A stretch of DNA of 64,000 bases from a virus (Duplodnaviria > Caudoviricetes), in IMG/VR virus record IMGVR_UViG_3300047321_000093, positions 1,740-65,739 of that record. One strand, written 5' to 3'. Of the stretch, positions 19,773 through 28,733 are shown piece by piece; position 1 is the stretch's first letter, and the number at the start of each line of letters is the position of its first letter. Below the pieces are notes generated by a model. It saw nothing but the letters and a program-made list of their open reading frames with translations, had not been told where the DNA came from and did not search any database. Made by a program: the position numbers and the translations under genes.

Positions 19773-20759
19773 TCACGCCGATTTCTTTCTCTTGAACGTC
19801 AGATAATCCGCGCCTTCCTCGGCATCCCAGAAAATCTTGATCAGATCGGGGTGAGTCGGCGGTAGGTCGGGGTCGATGACCGTCACCGCACACGGCGAAA
19901 GATGCTGGTCGCGGAATCCGCGTTCCCGCGCATAACGGTCGTGCACCTTGTAGCTGGCGATCTGGACCGCGTGCATCGTAATGCCGCTATCCGGGTCTTT
20001 CAGTACGCCATAGCCTGAAACGTGTTTGTGTCCGCAGATGGCGACGTGATCGCGGATCCCGAAGTGCAGGGCCTTCGTTGCGCCGTGCACCGGGTTGTAC
20101 ATTGAATGGCCGGCGAAGTCATGACGCGCGTTGATGCGGACAATCGCCTTGTTCGGGAAGGTCAGCGCGAGGCGCACTTCGCTATCCTGATACAGCGAGC
20201 CGGCCTGCTGCGTGATCCAGCGGATCGGGTCACCGGTACCGCTCCAGGCGTCGTGGTTGCCGCCGATCAGATACAGCCAGGGCGTGTTCGTCAGGAACCA
20301 CTCGGCGAGTTGCCAAGCCTCTGCTGCGCTTGTGCTTTGCTCGGCGTAGAGTCGGCCAAGCCGGCCTACCCAGTTGTTCGTCGTGTCGCCAATGTTCGCG
20401 CCGTAGAGGCCATCGACCGTGCGGCACAGTTCCATGTGACGTTCAAGCATCGCCAGATCCGTGCCGTCGTCGTCGACGTGCGGATCACCGAAATGCAGGA
20501 TGCCGATTGCGCCCCGATCCTTGATCCTGACCGGAATGAGCTGGCGCGACTTCTCGTGCTTGATCTTCTGAGCGTATTGCGCTTTGCGGCGCTCGATCAG
20601 ATCGGCAACGGGTAACAGCGCGTCTTCCGGATGGTCGACTTCAAACGTTGCCGACTTCATGCGGGAGCGTAGCGTGCTTTCCGGAATGCCCAGTTCGCGG
20701 GCAGCCGGTCGGATTCCACCGTAGGCTTCAACGGCTTTCTGTAAGTCGAGAATGACCAC
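19773..20759 (-). CDS. Calcineurin-like metallophosphoesterase with N-terminal HTH
   Basis: GDPH, GD..NN, GNHD, RH, GHKH motifs; N-terminal AARELGIPESTLRSR. Confidence 0.85.
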   Translation of the reverse strand: MVILDLQKAVEAYGGIRPAARELGIPESTLRSRMKSATFEVDHPEDALLPVADLIERRKAQYAQKIKHEKSRQLIPVRIKDRGAIGILHFGDPHVDDDGTDLAMLERHMELCRTVDGLYGANIGDTTNNWVGRLGRLYAEQSTSAAEAWQLAEWFLTNTPWLYLIGGNHDAWSGTGDPIRWITQQAGSLYQDSEVRLALTFPNKAIVRINARHDFAGHSMYNPVHGATKALHFGIRDHVAICGHKHVSGYGVLKDPDSGITMHAVQIASYKVHDRYARERGFRDQHLSPCAVTVIDPDLPPTHPDLIKIFWDAEEGADYLTFKRKKSA

Positions 20760-20903
20760 GGTTTGGATCCAAATAAAAAAGCCCATGCCTTTCAGCGCGG
20801 GCGACTAGCAGGGGAAGCTAGTGAATATGGGGTTGAAGGTTACCGCGCTCGGCCCGCTATGCCCGTAGGCTGCTATCGCAGTGCGCGGCCGACTCTGTTT
20901 CAC

Positions 20904-21013
20904 CTTCGTGGATGGCGGCTGACCAGAACGTTCGTCAACTCAATTCGGATTTGTGCACGACCCGATTTGATACCCGGAGTCTCACCGGTATGAGCCAACC
21001 GCCATGCATGAAG
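20904..21013 (-). ncRNA. Candidate structured RNA cassette in the late leader region
   Basis: About 20-bp closing stem CTTCATGCATGGCGGTTGGC...GTCAGCCGCCATCCACGAAG with inner hairpins. Confidence 0.45.
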
Positions 21014-21419
21014 ATGCTCTTGGGCCACCGAATCAGCACTTTGGCCGACTCTCGCTGCCCGCGAGATACAAATCAGGTGCTCCCCTCATCCGTGACAAGC
21101 TGCCGGGCCTACCGGCTGACGAGGGAAGCGGGGGATCATCGCTTACCGTTGACCTTCTCAACCAGGTCAGCAAAGAGAATTGCGGCTATCGCTATACTGA
21201 ATAGAGCGCCGAGAACGTGAATAGTCATGATCCGTCACCGCCCATCTCTCACCTCAATCCAGTTTGTCCATCGGATCGCAGCACTGCCGACCATCTACTA
21301 ACTCGCGTGCGCACCACCAGCACCTCACGGCTCGGAGACGTCGATAAGCCAGTCTGCCCATTCTGTATAACCTTGCGCCAGTCCAATGTGAACGGTGGAT
21401 AGCCAGAGCATCCATGCAG

Positions 21420-21551
21420 TCATTGGCGACATTGCAATCTCCGAAGTTCGTCCAGCTTGGCGATGTACCAGGCCTTAAGCGCCGGGTCGAGATTGCGTTG
21501 ACGCTCTAGCGCCTGCTCAATGTCATCGATCAGTTTCTGTGCTTCAGTCAT
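21420..21551 (-). CDS. Small hypothetical protein (43 aa)
   Basis: MTEAQKLIDDIEQALERQ..., manual translation. Confidence 0.5.
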   Translation of the reverse strand: MTEAQKLIDDIEQALERQRNLDPALKAWYIAKLDELRRLQCRQ

Positions 21552-21612
21552 GAATTCTTCCGGGTCTTACTCTCCCGGCAGAGCGGCATTGCGCCACGGC
21601 GGGACAATCGGG

Positions 21613-21831
21613 CTACTGTGAAGCAGCCGCGGGGAGATCGAATAGGGCTTCAGCGGCTTTGCGCGCATGCCAGCCCTTGCGGACAGTCAGCACTGGCCGA
21701 CTTGCTACCGGCGCATTCGCCGCAGCTTCAGCCGCGCGCTTTGCCTTGTTCGCAGCCTCAGCTTGTCTACGCTCCGCGACTTGCTCTGGATTACCGTAGT
21801 CGCCTGATTCGAGAGGGACGGGGAAGCGCAT
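21613..21831 (-). CDS. Hypothetical protein, first late gene
   Basis: MRFPVPLESGDYGNPEQ; ATG immediately after the tR'-like terminator. Confidence 0.55.
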   Translation of the reverse strand: MRFPVPLESGDYGNPEQVAERRQAEAANKAKRAAEAAANAPVASRPVLTVRKGWHARKAAEALFDLPAAASQ

Positions 21832-21841
21832 GGCGGGGCTG

Positions 21842-21881
21842 AAAAAGAAAAAACCCGCGCAGCTTTCGCTGGAACGGGTTT
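21842..21881 (-). terminator. tR'-like terminator of the late leader
   Basis: AACCCG...CGGGTT stem followed by TTTTTTCTTTTT. Confidence 0.7.
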
Positions 21882-21963
21882 CTACTGAGACGGCTATACC
21901 TCGCATTCAGCGAAAGTAAGCTCAGGCACGTGGGCCGAATACAGTCATCTCAATCTGGCTCCG

Positions 21964-21992
21964 ATTATAGATGAACGGATTCGGGTATACAA
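21964..21992 (-). promoter_or_regulatory. Late promoter pR'-like (sigma70)
   Basis: TTGTAT-17 nt-TATAAT at the 3' end of the Q-like gene. Confidence 0.8.
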
Positions 21993-22399
21993 CCATCTTT
22001 TGCAACAATTTCCAGAAATTCTTTTGCCGTCAGTTTTGCGACACTTTGACGAAGCGCGGCGCGAGATTCGGCGATCACCAGTTCAAACTTCCGGCCTCGC
22101 AAAACAACGTTGTGACTCTTGCGCATGCGAATCTGAATTTGGTCCGGCGACATCATCCATATGTACTGGTATTTCAACGTCCACTTGGCGACATGATTGG
22201 GCATCATCGACCATGCCTTCTCAACCAGCCATCCGTCGCGCTCATCCTTGGTCATCAATGGCGTGTCGCGCGGCTTCTCGGCATCCCGGAGCATCACATA
22301 CCATTTCGCCCATGCAGCACACTCACCGGATTGAAAGCGGGGCGAGCGGACGACGCGTGACCAATTCTCTAGGCGCGCTTCAATGTTCTCAAAGTCCAT
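21965..22399 (-). CDS. Late-gene antiterminator Q-like protein
   Basis: IEARLENW N-terminus and sigma4-like C-terminus; followed by pR'/tR'. Confidence 0.7.
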   Translation of the reverse strand: MDFENIEARLENWSRVVRSPRFQSGECAAWAKWYVMLRDAEKPRDTPLMTKDERDGWLVEKAWSMMPNHVAKWTLKYQYIWMMSPDQIQIRMRKSHNVVLRGRKFELVIAESRAALRQSVAKLTAKEFLEIVAKDGCIPESVHL

Positions 22400-22451
22400 C
22401 TCCACCCCCGCACACAATCTGTTGTGAAAGACAACGCTATTTGACGGCTAT

Positions 22452-22480
22452 ATTGTACCCGATAACGTTTCGCACTACAA
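22452..22480 (-). promoter_or_regulatory. Candidate promoter upstream of Q
   Basis: TTGTAG-17-TACAAT in an AT-rich gap. Confidence 0.5.
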
Positions 22481-22512
22481 ATGAAACGCGTTGTCAATCA
22501 CCTATTTTGCGA

Positions 22513-22749
22513 TCATTGCAGGCTTCTCGGAACATCGGGCAACGGCATCCAATGCGTGTGAACTTGCCCTTGTACGAATCGCGGAGCGGCCGGGTATTCC
22601 ATCCATGCGCCGAACAACCAGTAGGCCACACTTATCGCGTAGACGTTTTCGGTCTTGCGCGTGTCTTCATCGTATGTCGGCGTAACGTTGTACGTCAGGA
22701 TGCGCGTGCCGTCGCGCGGCGCTGTTTCAATCGATTGCCATTTGCTCAT
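22513..22749 (-). CDS. DUF551-like protein
   Basis: WQSIETAPRDGT...THWMPLP. Confidence 0.8.
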   Translation of the reverse strand: MSKWQSIETAPRDGTRILTYNVTPTYDEDTRKTENVYAISVAYWLFGAWMEYPAAPRFVQGQVHTHWMPLPDVPRSLQ

Positions 22750-23081
22750 CTCTCTTCTCCAGTCAAATTGATCCATTCGTATCGGACGACGTCCTCGTGC
22801 TGCTTCAGCTTTTGCTCTGTCTCCCAGACGAACCGGGAGTTGCCGGATTTGCGGGCTGCGGCCAGTATTGCGTCTTGCAGATCGCCGCCTTCCTCCCGCG
22901 CCACCTTACACACCGGCATCGGCGGATAGTTGTGCACTTCGGGCAACCTGTCGCGGTTCTTCCGCGCATGCATCGTCGGCGCCACATACCGCGGGCGGTG
23001 GAGGAGGCAGACCGCAGCGAACACGGCGCAGTTGAATACGCCGAGACCGTAGAAGGCGGCGCAGAGGATTACTGTTTTCAC
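22746..23081 (-). CDS. Hypothetical membrane protein
   Basis: GTG start, N-terminal TM segment, coupled overlaps. Confidence 0.5.
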   Translation of the reverse strand: MKTVILCAAFYGLGVFNCAVFAAVCLLHRPRYVAPTMHARKNRDRLPEVHNYPPMPVCKVAREEGGDLQDAILAAARKSGNSRFVWETEQKLKQHEDVVRYEWINLTGEER

Positions 23082-23263
23082 TTCTTTCTCCCAATCAGGA
23101 ATCCGAGCATGGCGGGTACGCCCATCAGCGATAGAATTTCGAGAGATATACCCCAGGGCGCAGCAGTTCCTACCAGCGCCACTCCCACCCAGAGAAAGAG
23201 AAAGATCAGCACGTTGACGGGGTTCGTGACGAACTCCGCGACTCGCTCGATTAGATTGATCAT
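23078..23263 (-). CDS. Small membrane protein
   Basis: Two hydrophobic segments; ATGA overlap. Confidence 0.55.
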   Translation of the reverse strand: MINLIERVAEFVTNPVNVLIFLFLWVGVALVGTAAPWGISLEILSLMGVPAMLGFLIGRKK

Positions 23264-23601
23264 GCTTTCTCCTTGCGCGCAGCAACGGCCGCAGCGTTGT
23301 ACAGGTCAATGGCATCCATGCCGAACTCCCCGAACAGGGATTCACATCGATCGCGGAAGAATCCGTGAAACTCGCGCAGCGCTCGCACCTCGGCGATGAG
23401 GGCGAGGATTGCGGCGGGGTTGGTGGCTGCGATGAAGTCGCGGTTCTCTTGCTCCGACTCATAGTTGCCCGTAGTCATTGATACGCGGCATATGTCGTGC
23501 TGAGCGCCTGTCCCGTGCGTATTGACTCCGTGATGTGCGGAGTACCACGGCCCTGGCGTCGCTGCCTTCGCCAACCTATCCAACTCGTCTAGATTTGTCA
23601 T
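23260..23601 (-). CDS. Ead/Ea22-like protein
   Basis: LAKAATPGPW...FIAATNPAAILALI. Confidence 0.8.
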   Translation of the reverse strand: MTNLDELDRLAKAATPGPWYSAHHGVNTHGTGAQHDICRVSMTTGNYESEQENRDFIAATNPAAILALIAEVRALREFHGFFRDRCESLFGEFGMDAIDLYNAAAVAARKEKA

Positions 23602-23795
23602 GCTTTCTCTCCCAGTGCCTTACGGGCAATAGTCCGCGCCTCCTCGATTTCATCCCAATCGCCGCCGACCATCTTGTCTTCAATGGCTGCGATAGCATGG
23701 AGCGCTGCCACCACCTTTTCGTAGTCAGCATAGAGGCAAAAGATCCCGTCCGGCCTCTCTGCTGTGCTTGTGCCGTATCTTTTCGGTTGTGTCAT
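23598..23795 (-). CDS. Hypothetical protein
   Basis: SD and ATGA overlaps at both ends. Confidence 0.6.
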   Translation of the reverse strand: MTQPKRYGTSTAERPDGIFCLYADYEKVVAALHAIAAIEDKMVGGDWDEIEEARTIARKALGEKA

Positions 23796-24625
23796 GCTGC
23801 CTCCTGGTCATTCATTGGAGAGTAGGGTGAATGCTGCCGCAGCCACTCTTGGTACTTGGCCGTTTCCAAGGCCCTTAAGTCGGTGTGACCGATGGGCCAC
23901 CCCATGAGCCATTCGACCCAATCCGGATTCAGTGGGCCACTCTCCGTAGCAAAAACGAAGTGGTCCAGCCGGTCGTAGGTTCGATCGCGGCCATCCTTTC
24001 GCGTCAGCGCCTTGATGGATGACGCCTTGTGCATGGATGCCGTGGGCGTCGGGATACCGCGTTTCTTCACCGCGGTTGCCAGCCCGTCGCCACTCGTCTT
24101 GCTTGCACCCTTCCGATTGTGATTCCCACAGACGGTTGGAGTGGGCCAGAATCCAGATCCTTTCCCGCTCGTGATCGGCGCCGCAGTCGGCCGCAGAAAG
24201 CACTCCCCATTCCGCATTGAACCCCATCTCGGCCAGGTCTCCGAGAACTCTTCCGAGTCCCCGAGAAGTGAGCATTGGGCTGTTTTCCACAAAGACGAAT
24301 CGTGGTCGTACTTCGCGAATGATCCGAGCCATTTCGACCCAGAGTCCGCTTCGTGCGCCTTCAAGGCCTGCACCGTTGCCCGCGGCGCTGATGTCCTGGC
24401 AGGGAAATCCGCCAGCCACGACATCAACAACTCCTCGCCAAGGTCGTCCGTCGAAAGTCCGAACGTCATCCCAAATCGGGAACGGCGGCATGGTTCCGTC
24501 GTTTTGCCTCGCAACAAGGACGGCTTGGGCGTAGGAATCAAATTCAACGGCGCAAACGCATCGATGCCCGAGCAATTGACCCGCGAGAATTCCTCCACCA
24601 TCGCCCGCGAAAAGATGAAGCTCAT
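23792..24625 (-). CDS. C5 methyltransferase beta polypeptide in the alternative frame (TRD-like repeats and motif IX)
   Basis: 277-aa overlapping ORF; GGAGG 8 nt before ATG; WPTPT/IPTPT, LNPDWVEWLMGWP; stop overlaps the next gene start. Confidence 0.75.
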   Translation of the reverse strand: MSFIFSRAMVEEFSRVNCSGIDAFAPLNLIPTPKPSLLRGKTTEPCRRSRFGMTFGLSTDDLGEELLMSWLADFPARTSAPRATVQALKAHEADSGSKWLGSFAKYDHDSSLWKTAQCSLLGDSEEFSETWPRWGSMRNGECFLRPTAAPITSGKGSGFWPTPTVCGNHNRKGASKTSGDGLATAVKKRGIPTPTASMHKASSIKALTRKDGRDRTYDRLDHFVFATESGPLNPDWVEWLMGWPIGHTDLRALETAKYQEWLRQHSPYSPMNDQEAA

Positions 24626-24629
24626 TCAA
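23808..24629 (-). CDS. C5-cytosine DNA methyltransferase, alpha polypeptide (motifs I-VIII and X)
   Basis: TTG start; FAGDGG, GGFPCQD, ENSP, HERERIW, RLKGLGNGQV. Confidence 0.9.
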   Translation of the reverse strand: MNELHLFAGDGGGILAGQLLGHRCVCAVEFDSYAQAVLVARQNDGTMPPFPIWDDVRTFDGRPWRGVVDVVAGGFPCQDISAAGNGAGLEGARSGLWVEMARIIREVRPRFVFVENSPMLTSRGLGRVLGDLAEMGFNAEWGVLSAADCGADHERERIWILAHSNRLWESQSEGCKQDEWRRAGNRGEETRYPDAHGIHAQGVIHQGADAKGWPRSNLRPAGPLRFCYGEWPTESGLGRMAHGVAHRSHRLKGLGNGQVPRVAAAAFTLLSNE

Positions 24630-25093
24630 GCGACCTCCAATTCTTGTTGTTCGATGCCCATTTTGCGAGCCCTTACGGGCTCCCATCGCTCATAGGCCCG
24701 ATCCCAAACAGAGAACTTCAATTCCCTCGGTGCACCGCTCTGATCAATCCATCTATGACAGGCCGCGCAGCCAGGCACAGTGAATTCGTGTTTAGCCTTT
24801 AGTCCCATGCCTTTCCCATGCTTGCTTTGATTCGAATGGCACGGCACAACACTTTCACCGGGCAGCCACGGCGCGACGCATATCCCAGTCACCTGGAGAA
24901 AACACCGCATCCCGCGGCAAGCTGCCAGATACTTCGATCCCTCCGCAACCGTGGGCCGCTTCGGCTTACTCTTGAGCCGCTTCCGAGCCTCCTGGTTGCG
25001 CTCGAATTGCTGGCGGTCGGGCAGGGCGAACGGCTTGGGCTCTTTGCGTTTGAAGCCGGAGCGCGTCAGGCCTTTCTTTCGGGTGAGGCTCAT
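24626..25093 (-). CDS. DUF1364/YbcO-like nuclease
   Basis: ACRG..C.LQV.GIC...VVPCH...GKGMGLK...C..CH..ID. Confidence 0.75.
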   Translation of the reverse strand: MSLTRKKGLTRSGFKRKEPKPFALPDRQQFERNQEARKRLKSKPKRPTVAEGSKYLAACRGMRCFLQVTGICVAPWLPGESVVPCHSNQSKHGKGMGLKAKHEFTVPGCAACHRWIDQSGAPRELKFSVWDRAYERWEPVRARKMGIEQQELEVA

Positions 25094-25217
25094 GCTTCCT
25101 TCCACAAGTGATAGAAGGCAAAGAACGCGCAGTAAATCCCGGTTCCGATCCCAACAGGAACGGTCATATGCGGCGACAGATATACGGCCGACAGGATGAA
25201 GAAAACGTGGCTGTCTT

Positions 25218-25631
25218 TCATTCGAATTGAACTCCCAAAGTTCCGCCCGCGTAGCTCTGCACGGCATCCAGGTACTCGCTGAACTCGCCCACGCTCATCT
25301 GCGTCGTGGACTTGCGGCGCGTGATGATCTCGCCATCGGGCAGCGTCAGTTCGTCCAGAATCCCGTACTTGCGCGCGAAGTATTCGTGCCATGTGTCTTT
25401 GTCGTATTGCTTGCCATCCACCCAAGCCTGTTCGCTAACCTGCTTGAGCACGGCACCGAAGTAGAAACGGTTCTGCTGCTGGTTCCGCTGGCGCTCCTCA
25501 GCCGTCACGATCAAACGCAACGGCTCGCCCTTGTCGGCAAAGACCGGCGCGTTGGCCTTGATGAATGCGACGACGGCATTCCAGACGCCGCCGTTTTTTA
25601 GGGTGAACTCGCGATATAGGGCGGCGGTCAT
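25218..25631 (-). CDS. NinB-like recombination protein
   Basis: RNQQQNR...WHEYF...STTQMSVGEFSEYL. Confidence 0.8.
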   Translation of the reverse strand: MTAALYREFTLKNGGVWNAVVAFIKANAPVFADKGEPLRLIVTAEERQRNQQQNRFYFGAVLKQVSEQAWVDGKQYDKDTWHEYFARKYGILDELTLPDGEIITRRKSTTQMSVGEFSEYLDAVQSYAGGTLGVQFE

Positions 25632-25813
25632 TTCGGGCTCCCGTAGCAGGAATTTCCACACACCGGGCACACGACTCGTAAATACGTGCCCTCACGCTGA
25701 TCGCTTTCGACATGGCCTTCGCTCTCAAGGCATTCGAAGCGAGTTCTGCAGTTCGTGCACATCGCCTTCCATTCGCGCTCGCTGGGGAGCGTTCCGCGCT
25801 CAATGATCTTCAT
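25628..25813 (-). CDS. Small zinc-ribbon protein
   Basis: CTNC...CPVC; coupled overlaps. Confidence 0.65.
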   Translation of the reverse strand: MKIIERGTLPSEREWKAMCTNCRTRFECLESEGHVESDQREGTYLRVVCPVCGNSCYGSPK

Positions 25814-26046
25814 GCCATCCCCCGTTTAACGATCCAATGGACCCAGAACCCACGCATCCACGAAAACGCGTACAGAAAGCACAGCGCGAAAATCCCGTAC
25901 TGGCCAGCCTTCCATGTCGTCCAGAACCAGAACGGTTGCGACGCTAGGCCGAACAGGCATGCATAACGCCGCACCGATTCACGCTTGTCTTGCGACAGGA
26001 AAACAGCAGTTACGCCACAAAGGCCGATTGCGATTTGGTCGATCAT
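25810..26046 (-). CDS. Small membrane protein
   Basis: Three hydrophobic segments, GLASQPFW. Confidence 0.6.
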   Translation of the reverse strand: MIDQIAIGLCGVTAVFLSQDKRESVRRYACLFGLASQPFWFWTTWKAGQYGIFALCFLYAFSWMRGFWVHWIVKRGMA

Positions 26047-26270
26047 TGCGCCGCTCCCGCTGCGGCGTCCCGTTGCGCACGCTCGCGCGTCTCTGTCGCG
26101 AGGCGTGACATGTCGTATTCCGCTTCAGCCTCCCAGCGAAGGACATTTGCAACGCCCGCGAACCGCGCCACCTCAAGCAAGACGGCGCCGTCTTTCATGC
26201 CACGGGCTGCCATTTCTTCGATGCGGGTGAGATGCGCCTTACAACGCACGATGAGTTCGGACGAATTCAT
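26043..26270 (-). CDS. Hypothetical protein
   Basis: ATGA overlaps, SD. Confidence 0.55.
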   Translation of the reverse strand: MNSSELIVRCKAHLTRIEEMAARGMKDGAVLLEVARFAGVANVLRWEAEAEYDMSRLATETRERAQRDAAAGAAQ

Positions 26271-26439
26271 GCCGCTTCCTCCTTCTCTTCCTTCGTAGTA
26301 GTGTGGGCGACAGCTAAGCGTTGGATTTCGATAGCGAAGCGCACCAGCTTGTCCATGCTGCCAGCGTGGATCCCATGGGCGTTGGCGAACTCATAGAGAG
26401 CGGCCGGGCGGTCGAAGCCGGTTACTTCGTATTGGGTGG

Positions 26440-27324
26440 TCATGCTGCAGCCTCCGAGAACAGGTCAACTTGATCGAGCACGGCGCTCTTGCAATTCTCG
26501 GTGGCGAGCTTGAAATAACTGCTTTTCAACTCGCTCCCGATACCGCGCCTGCCCATCTTCAGCGCCATATAGACTTCGCTCCCGATGCCGAGAAAGGGGG
26601 TGTAGACCAAATCGTTCGGATTGGTCCACAGTTCGATAGCGCGCTCGACAACCTCTAACTGGATGGGCGATATATGTCTTTCATCATCGTTCTCGCGAGC
26701 GCTCATGTACTGCAGGGTCTTGGACTGGTTAATGTCCATCCAGACCGGCGAGGCGAAGCGCTGCCACAGGTCAACCGGAAAGCTTTCGTGCGTGTGCGTG
26801 ACCGGCTCCGGGTTCTCGCCCGGCTTGCGCATGATGACGAGATAGTCAGCGATGCCCTGGCGGCTCATGGCGCTGTCTTTGCGAAGCTGCTTGTAGAGCA
26901 GGCCGAGTGCCTTGGTGCGCTGCATCGCGACAACCGGGTCTTTCCAGATGCACACTTCGGAGTGGTAGATGAATCCGGCTTGTTGGTGCGCGCGGATGAT
27001 CTCGCCGCGGAAGTCTTTCAGGCCGATATAGCCGTCCCGCGTCTTGGACGTCGGGAGCTGCATGCAGTGGATCGCGACCAGCCGCCCCGGCTTCATGATG
27101 CGGATATGCTCCGCAATCAGGAACCGGTAGTGGGTCCAGAAATCCGCGCTCGATGCGTTGTTGCCCATGTCGCGCTCAGAATTGCTGAACACGAACAGCG
27201 ATTCGAACGGCGGGCTGTAGACGGAAAAGTCGATCGAGTTGTCCGGCAGGGAACGTGCGAGGTCCACGCAATCCATATTGAAAATCGAAAACTTGTCGGT
27301 GATTTCTTGTGCGATGCAGTTCAC
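26440..27324 (-). CDS. N4/N6 DNA methyltransferase (beta class)
   Basis: SPPF catalytic motif precedes the FLGIGS SAM-binding motif; H..P, W.NP.D.V. Confidence 0.9.
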   Translation of the reverse strand: MNCIAQEITDKFSIFNMDCVDLARSLPDNSIDFSVYSPPFESLFVFSNSERDMGNNASSADFWTHYRFLIAEHIRIMKPGRLVAIHCMQLPTSKTRDGYIGLKDFRGEIIRAHQQAGFIYHSEVCIWKDPVVAMQRTKALGLLYKQLRKDSAMSRQGIADYLVIMRKPGENPEPVTHTHESFPVDLWQRFASPVWMDINQSKTLQYMSARENDDERHISPIQLEVVERAIELWTNPNDLVYTPFLGIGSEVYMALKMGRRGIGSELKSSYFKLATENCKSAVLDQVDLFSEAAA

Positions 27325-28733
27325 TATGCGTACTCCACGTTATCGAATATCCATGCCGGGATCGCTAGCGGCGTCATCGGCCGATAGACTTCCGTCCCAC
27401 TCTTTGCGCCCTCGATCTGTCGCTTCGTAATCTCGCGCATCAGACCCACCATTTCGACCGCCATGGCGTCGCTCTGCGCCTGCTTGCGGGCGATGTTGGC
27501 TTTTACGGCACCCTCGGTATCGGCGGTGATGATGTGCGCCAGCACACGGCGCGTCTGCCCGAACCGGTAACAACGGCGCACAGCCTGGTAATAGGACTCG
27601 AAGCTGTCATCCATGCTCGCGAACACCATGCGCCGGCAGACGTGCTGCAGGTTCAGCCCGAAACCCATGATCGAAGGCTTGCTGACAATCACCCGGGCCT
27701 CGCCATGGGCGAACGCCATGATGTTTGCCTCTTTCTGATCGGGCTTCATGGAGCCGGTGACTTCGACGGCGCCGGGGATAGCCTTCGTCAGCCGCTCGCT
27801 TTCCTCATTCAGGTGGCACCAGACAATGACCGGCTCATCAGTGCTGTTCGCGATGCTGGCCGCTAGCTCGATGCGTTGGTCGATCGTGCTTTTCTTGGCC
27901 TGGCGGCGTTCCGTCAGGCTTTGGGCGATCATGGTGAAAAGCTGACCTTCCGGTGCGGCGTCGCTTTCGACTACATGCTCGACCAGCTCAAGCGGCGGCA
28001 GGAGATAGCGCGAGCCGTCGAATCCAAGGTCGGCCGGGCTGCGGATGCAGATAGCCCACGTCGCCATCCACTCCCAAAACTTGACCTTGCCGTGACCCTT
28101 TAGGCGCCAGTTACCCGTGTCGCCGCCATCATGAGTGAAGAACGTTGACAGCATTTCGACAGCATTCATCACGCCAAGAAATTCCGCCTGATTGCCGAGC
28201 TCCATCCAGTCGTTCGGGCTGGGCGTCGCCGTGCACGACAGCTTGTACGGCGTACGGCGAAACGCTTCCGTGATGTATGCGCGCGTCTTGCTGCTGTGCG
28301 ATTTCAGGATGGAGCTCTCATCGAGCACCACGCCAACGAACGAATCGAGCTCGAAGTGCTCAAGCATTTCGTAGTTCGTGATGGTGATGCCGTCCTCGAC
28401 TTCGGAATCGTGCCGGCAATACTTGATCGTGATGCCGAACTTTGCGGCTTCCTCGGCAGTCTGCTGAGCTACGCAAAGCGGCGCGACGATGATTACGTTG
28501 CCGCCCGTATGCTCACAAACGTATTTCGCCCAAGTGGTTTGCTGCAGCGTCTTGCCGAGCCCCGTATCCTCGAATAGCGCCGCGCGGCCGCGCTTCAGTG
28601 CCCACTTTACGCAGGCTGCCTGGAAATCGAACAGCGGGCCAACCGGCACGTCACAGTCAAAGCCGCTCGGCACGTCGGCAATCTGCTTGCTAGCGATGAA
28701 TTGTTCGTATGCGCCCATTACCAGATCGCTCAT
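27324..28733 (-). CDS. SNF2/SF2 helicase
   Basis: DTGLGKT, DESS, TATP, GLNLQ, QAVRRCYRFGQ. Confidence 0.9.
   Translation of the reverse strand: MSDLVMGAYEQFIASKQIADVPSGFDCDVPVGPLFDFQAACVKWALKRGRAALFEDTGLGKTLQQTTWAKYVCEHTGGNVIIVAPLCVAQQTAEEAAKFGITIKYCRHDSEVEDGITITNYEMLEHFELDSFVGVVLDESSILKSHSSKTRAYITEAFRRTPYKLSCTATPSPNDWMELGNQAEFLGVMNAVEMLSTFFTHDGGDTGNWRLKGHGKVKFWEWMATWAICIRSPADLGFDGSRYLLPPLELVEHVVESDAAPEGQLFTMIAQSLTERRQAKKSTIDQRIELAASIANSTDEPVIVWCHLNEESERLTKAIPGAVEVTGSMKPDQKEANIMAFAHGEARVIVSKPSIMGFGLNLQHVCRRMVFASMDDSFESYYQAVRRCYRFGQTRRVLAHIITADTEGAVKANIARKQAQSDAMAVEMVGLMREITKRQIEGAKSGTEVYRPMTPLAIPAWIFDNVEYA

Noticed and set aside
20790-21420. tRNA genes in the late leader
   Set aside because: No canonical cloverleaf or TTCGA T-loop found by eye; tRNAscan/ARAGORN needed to exclude fully
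23808-27324. Complete restriction-modification system
   Set aside because: No cognate restriction endonuclease; the MTases sit in a nin-like operon as orphans
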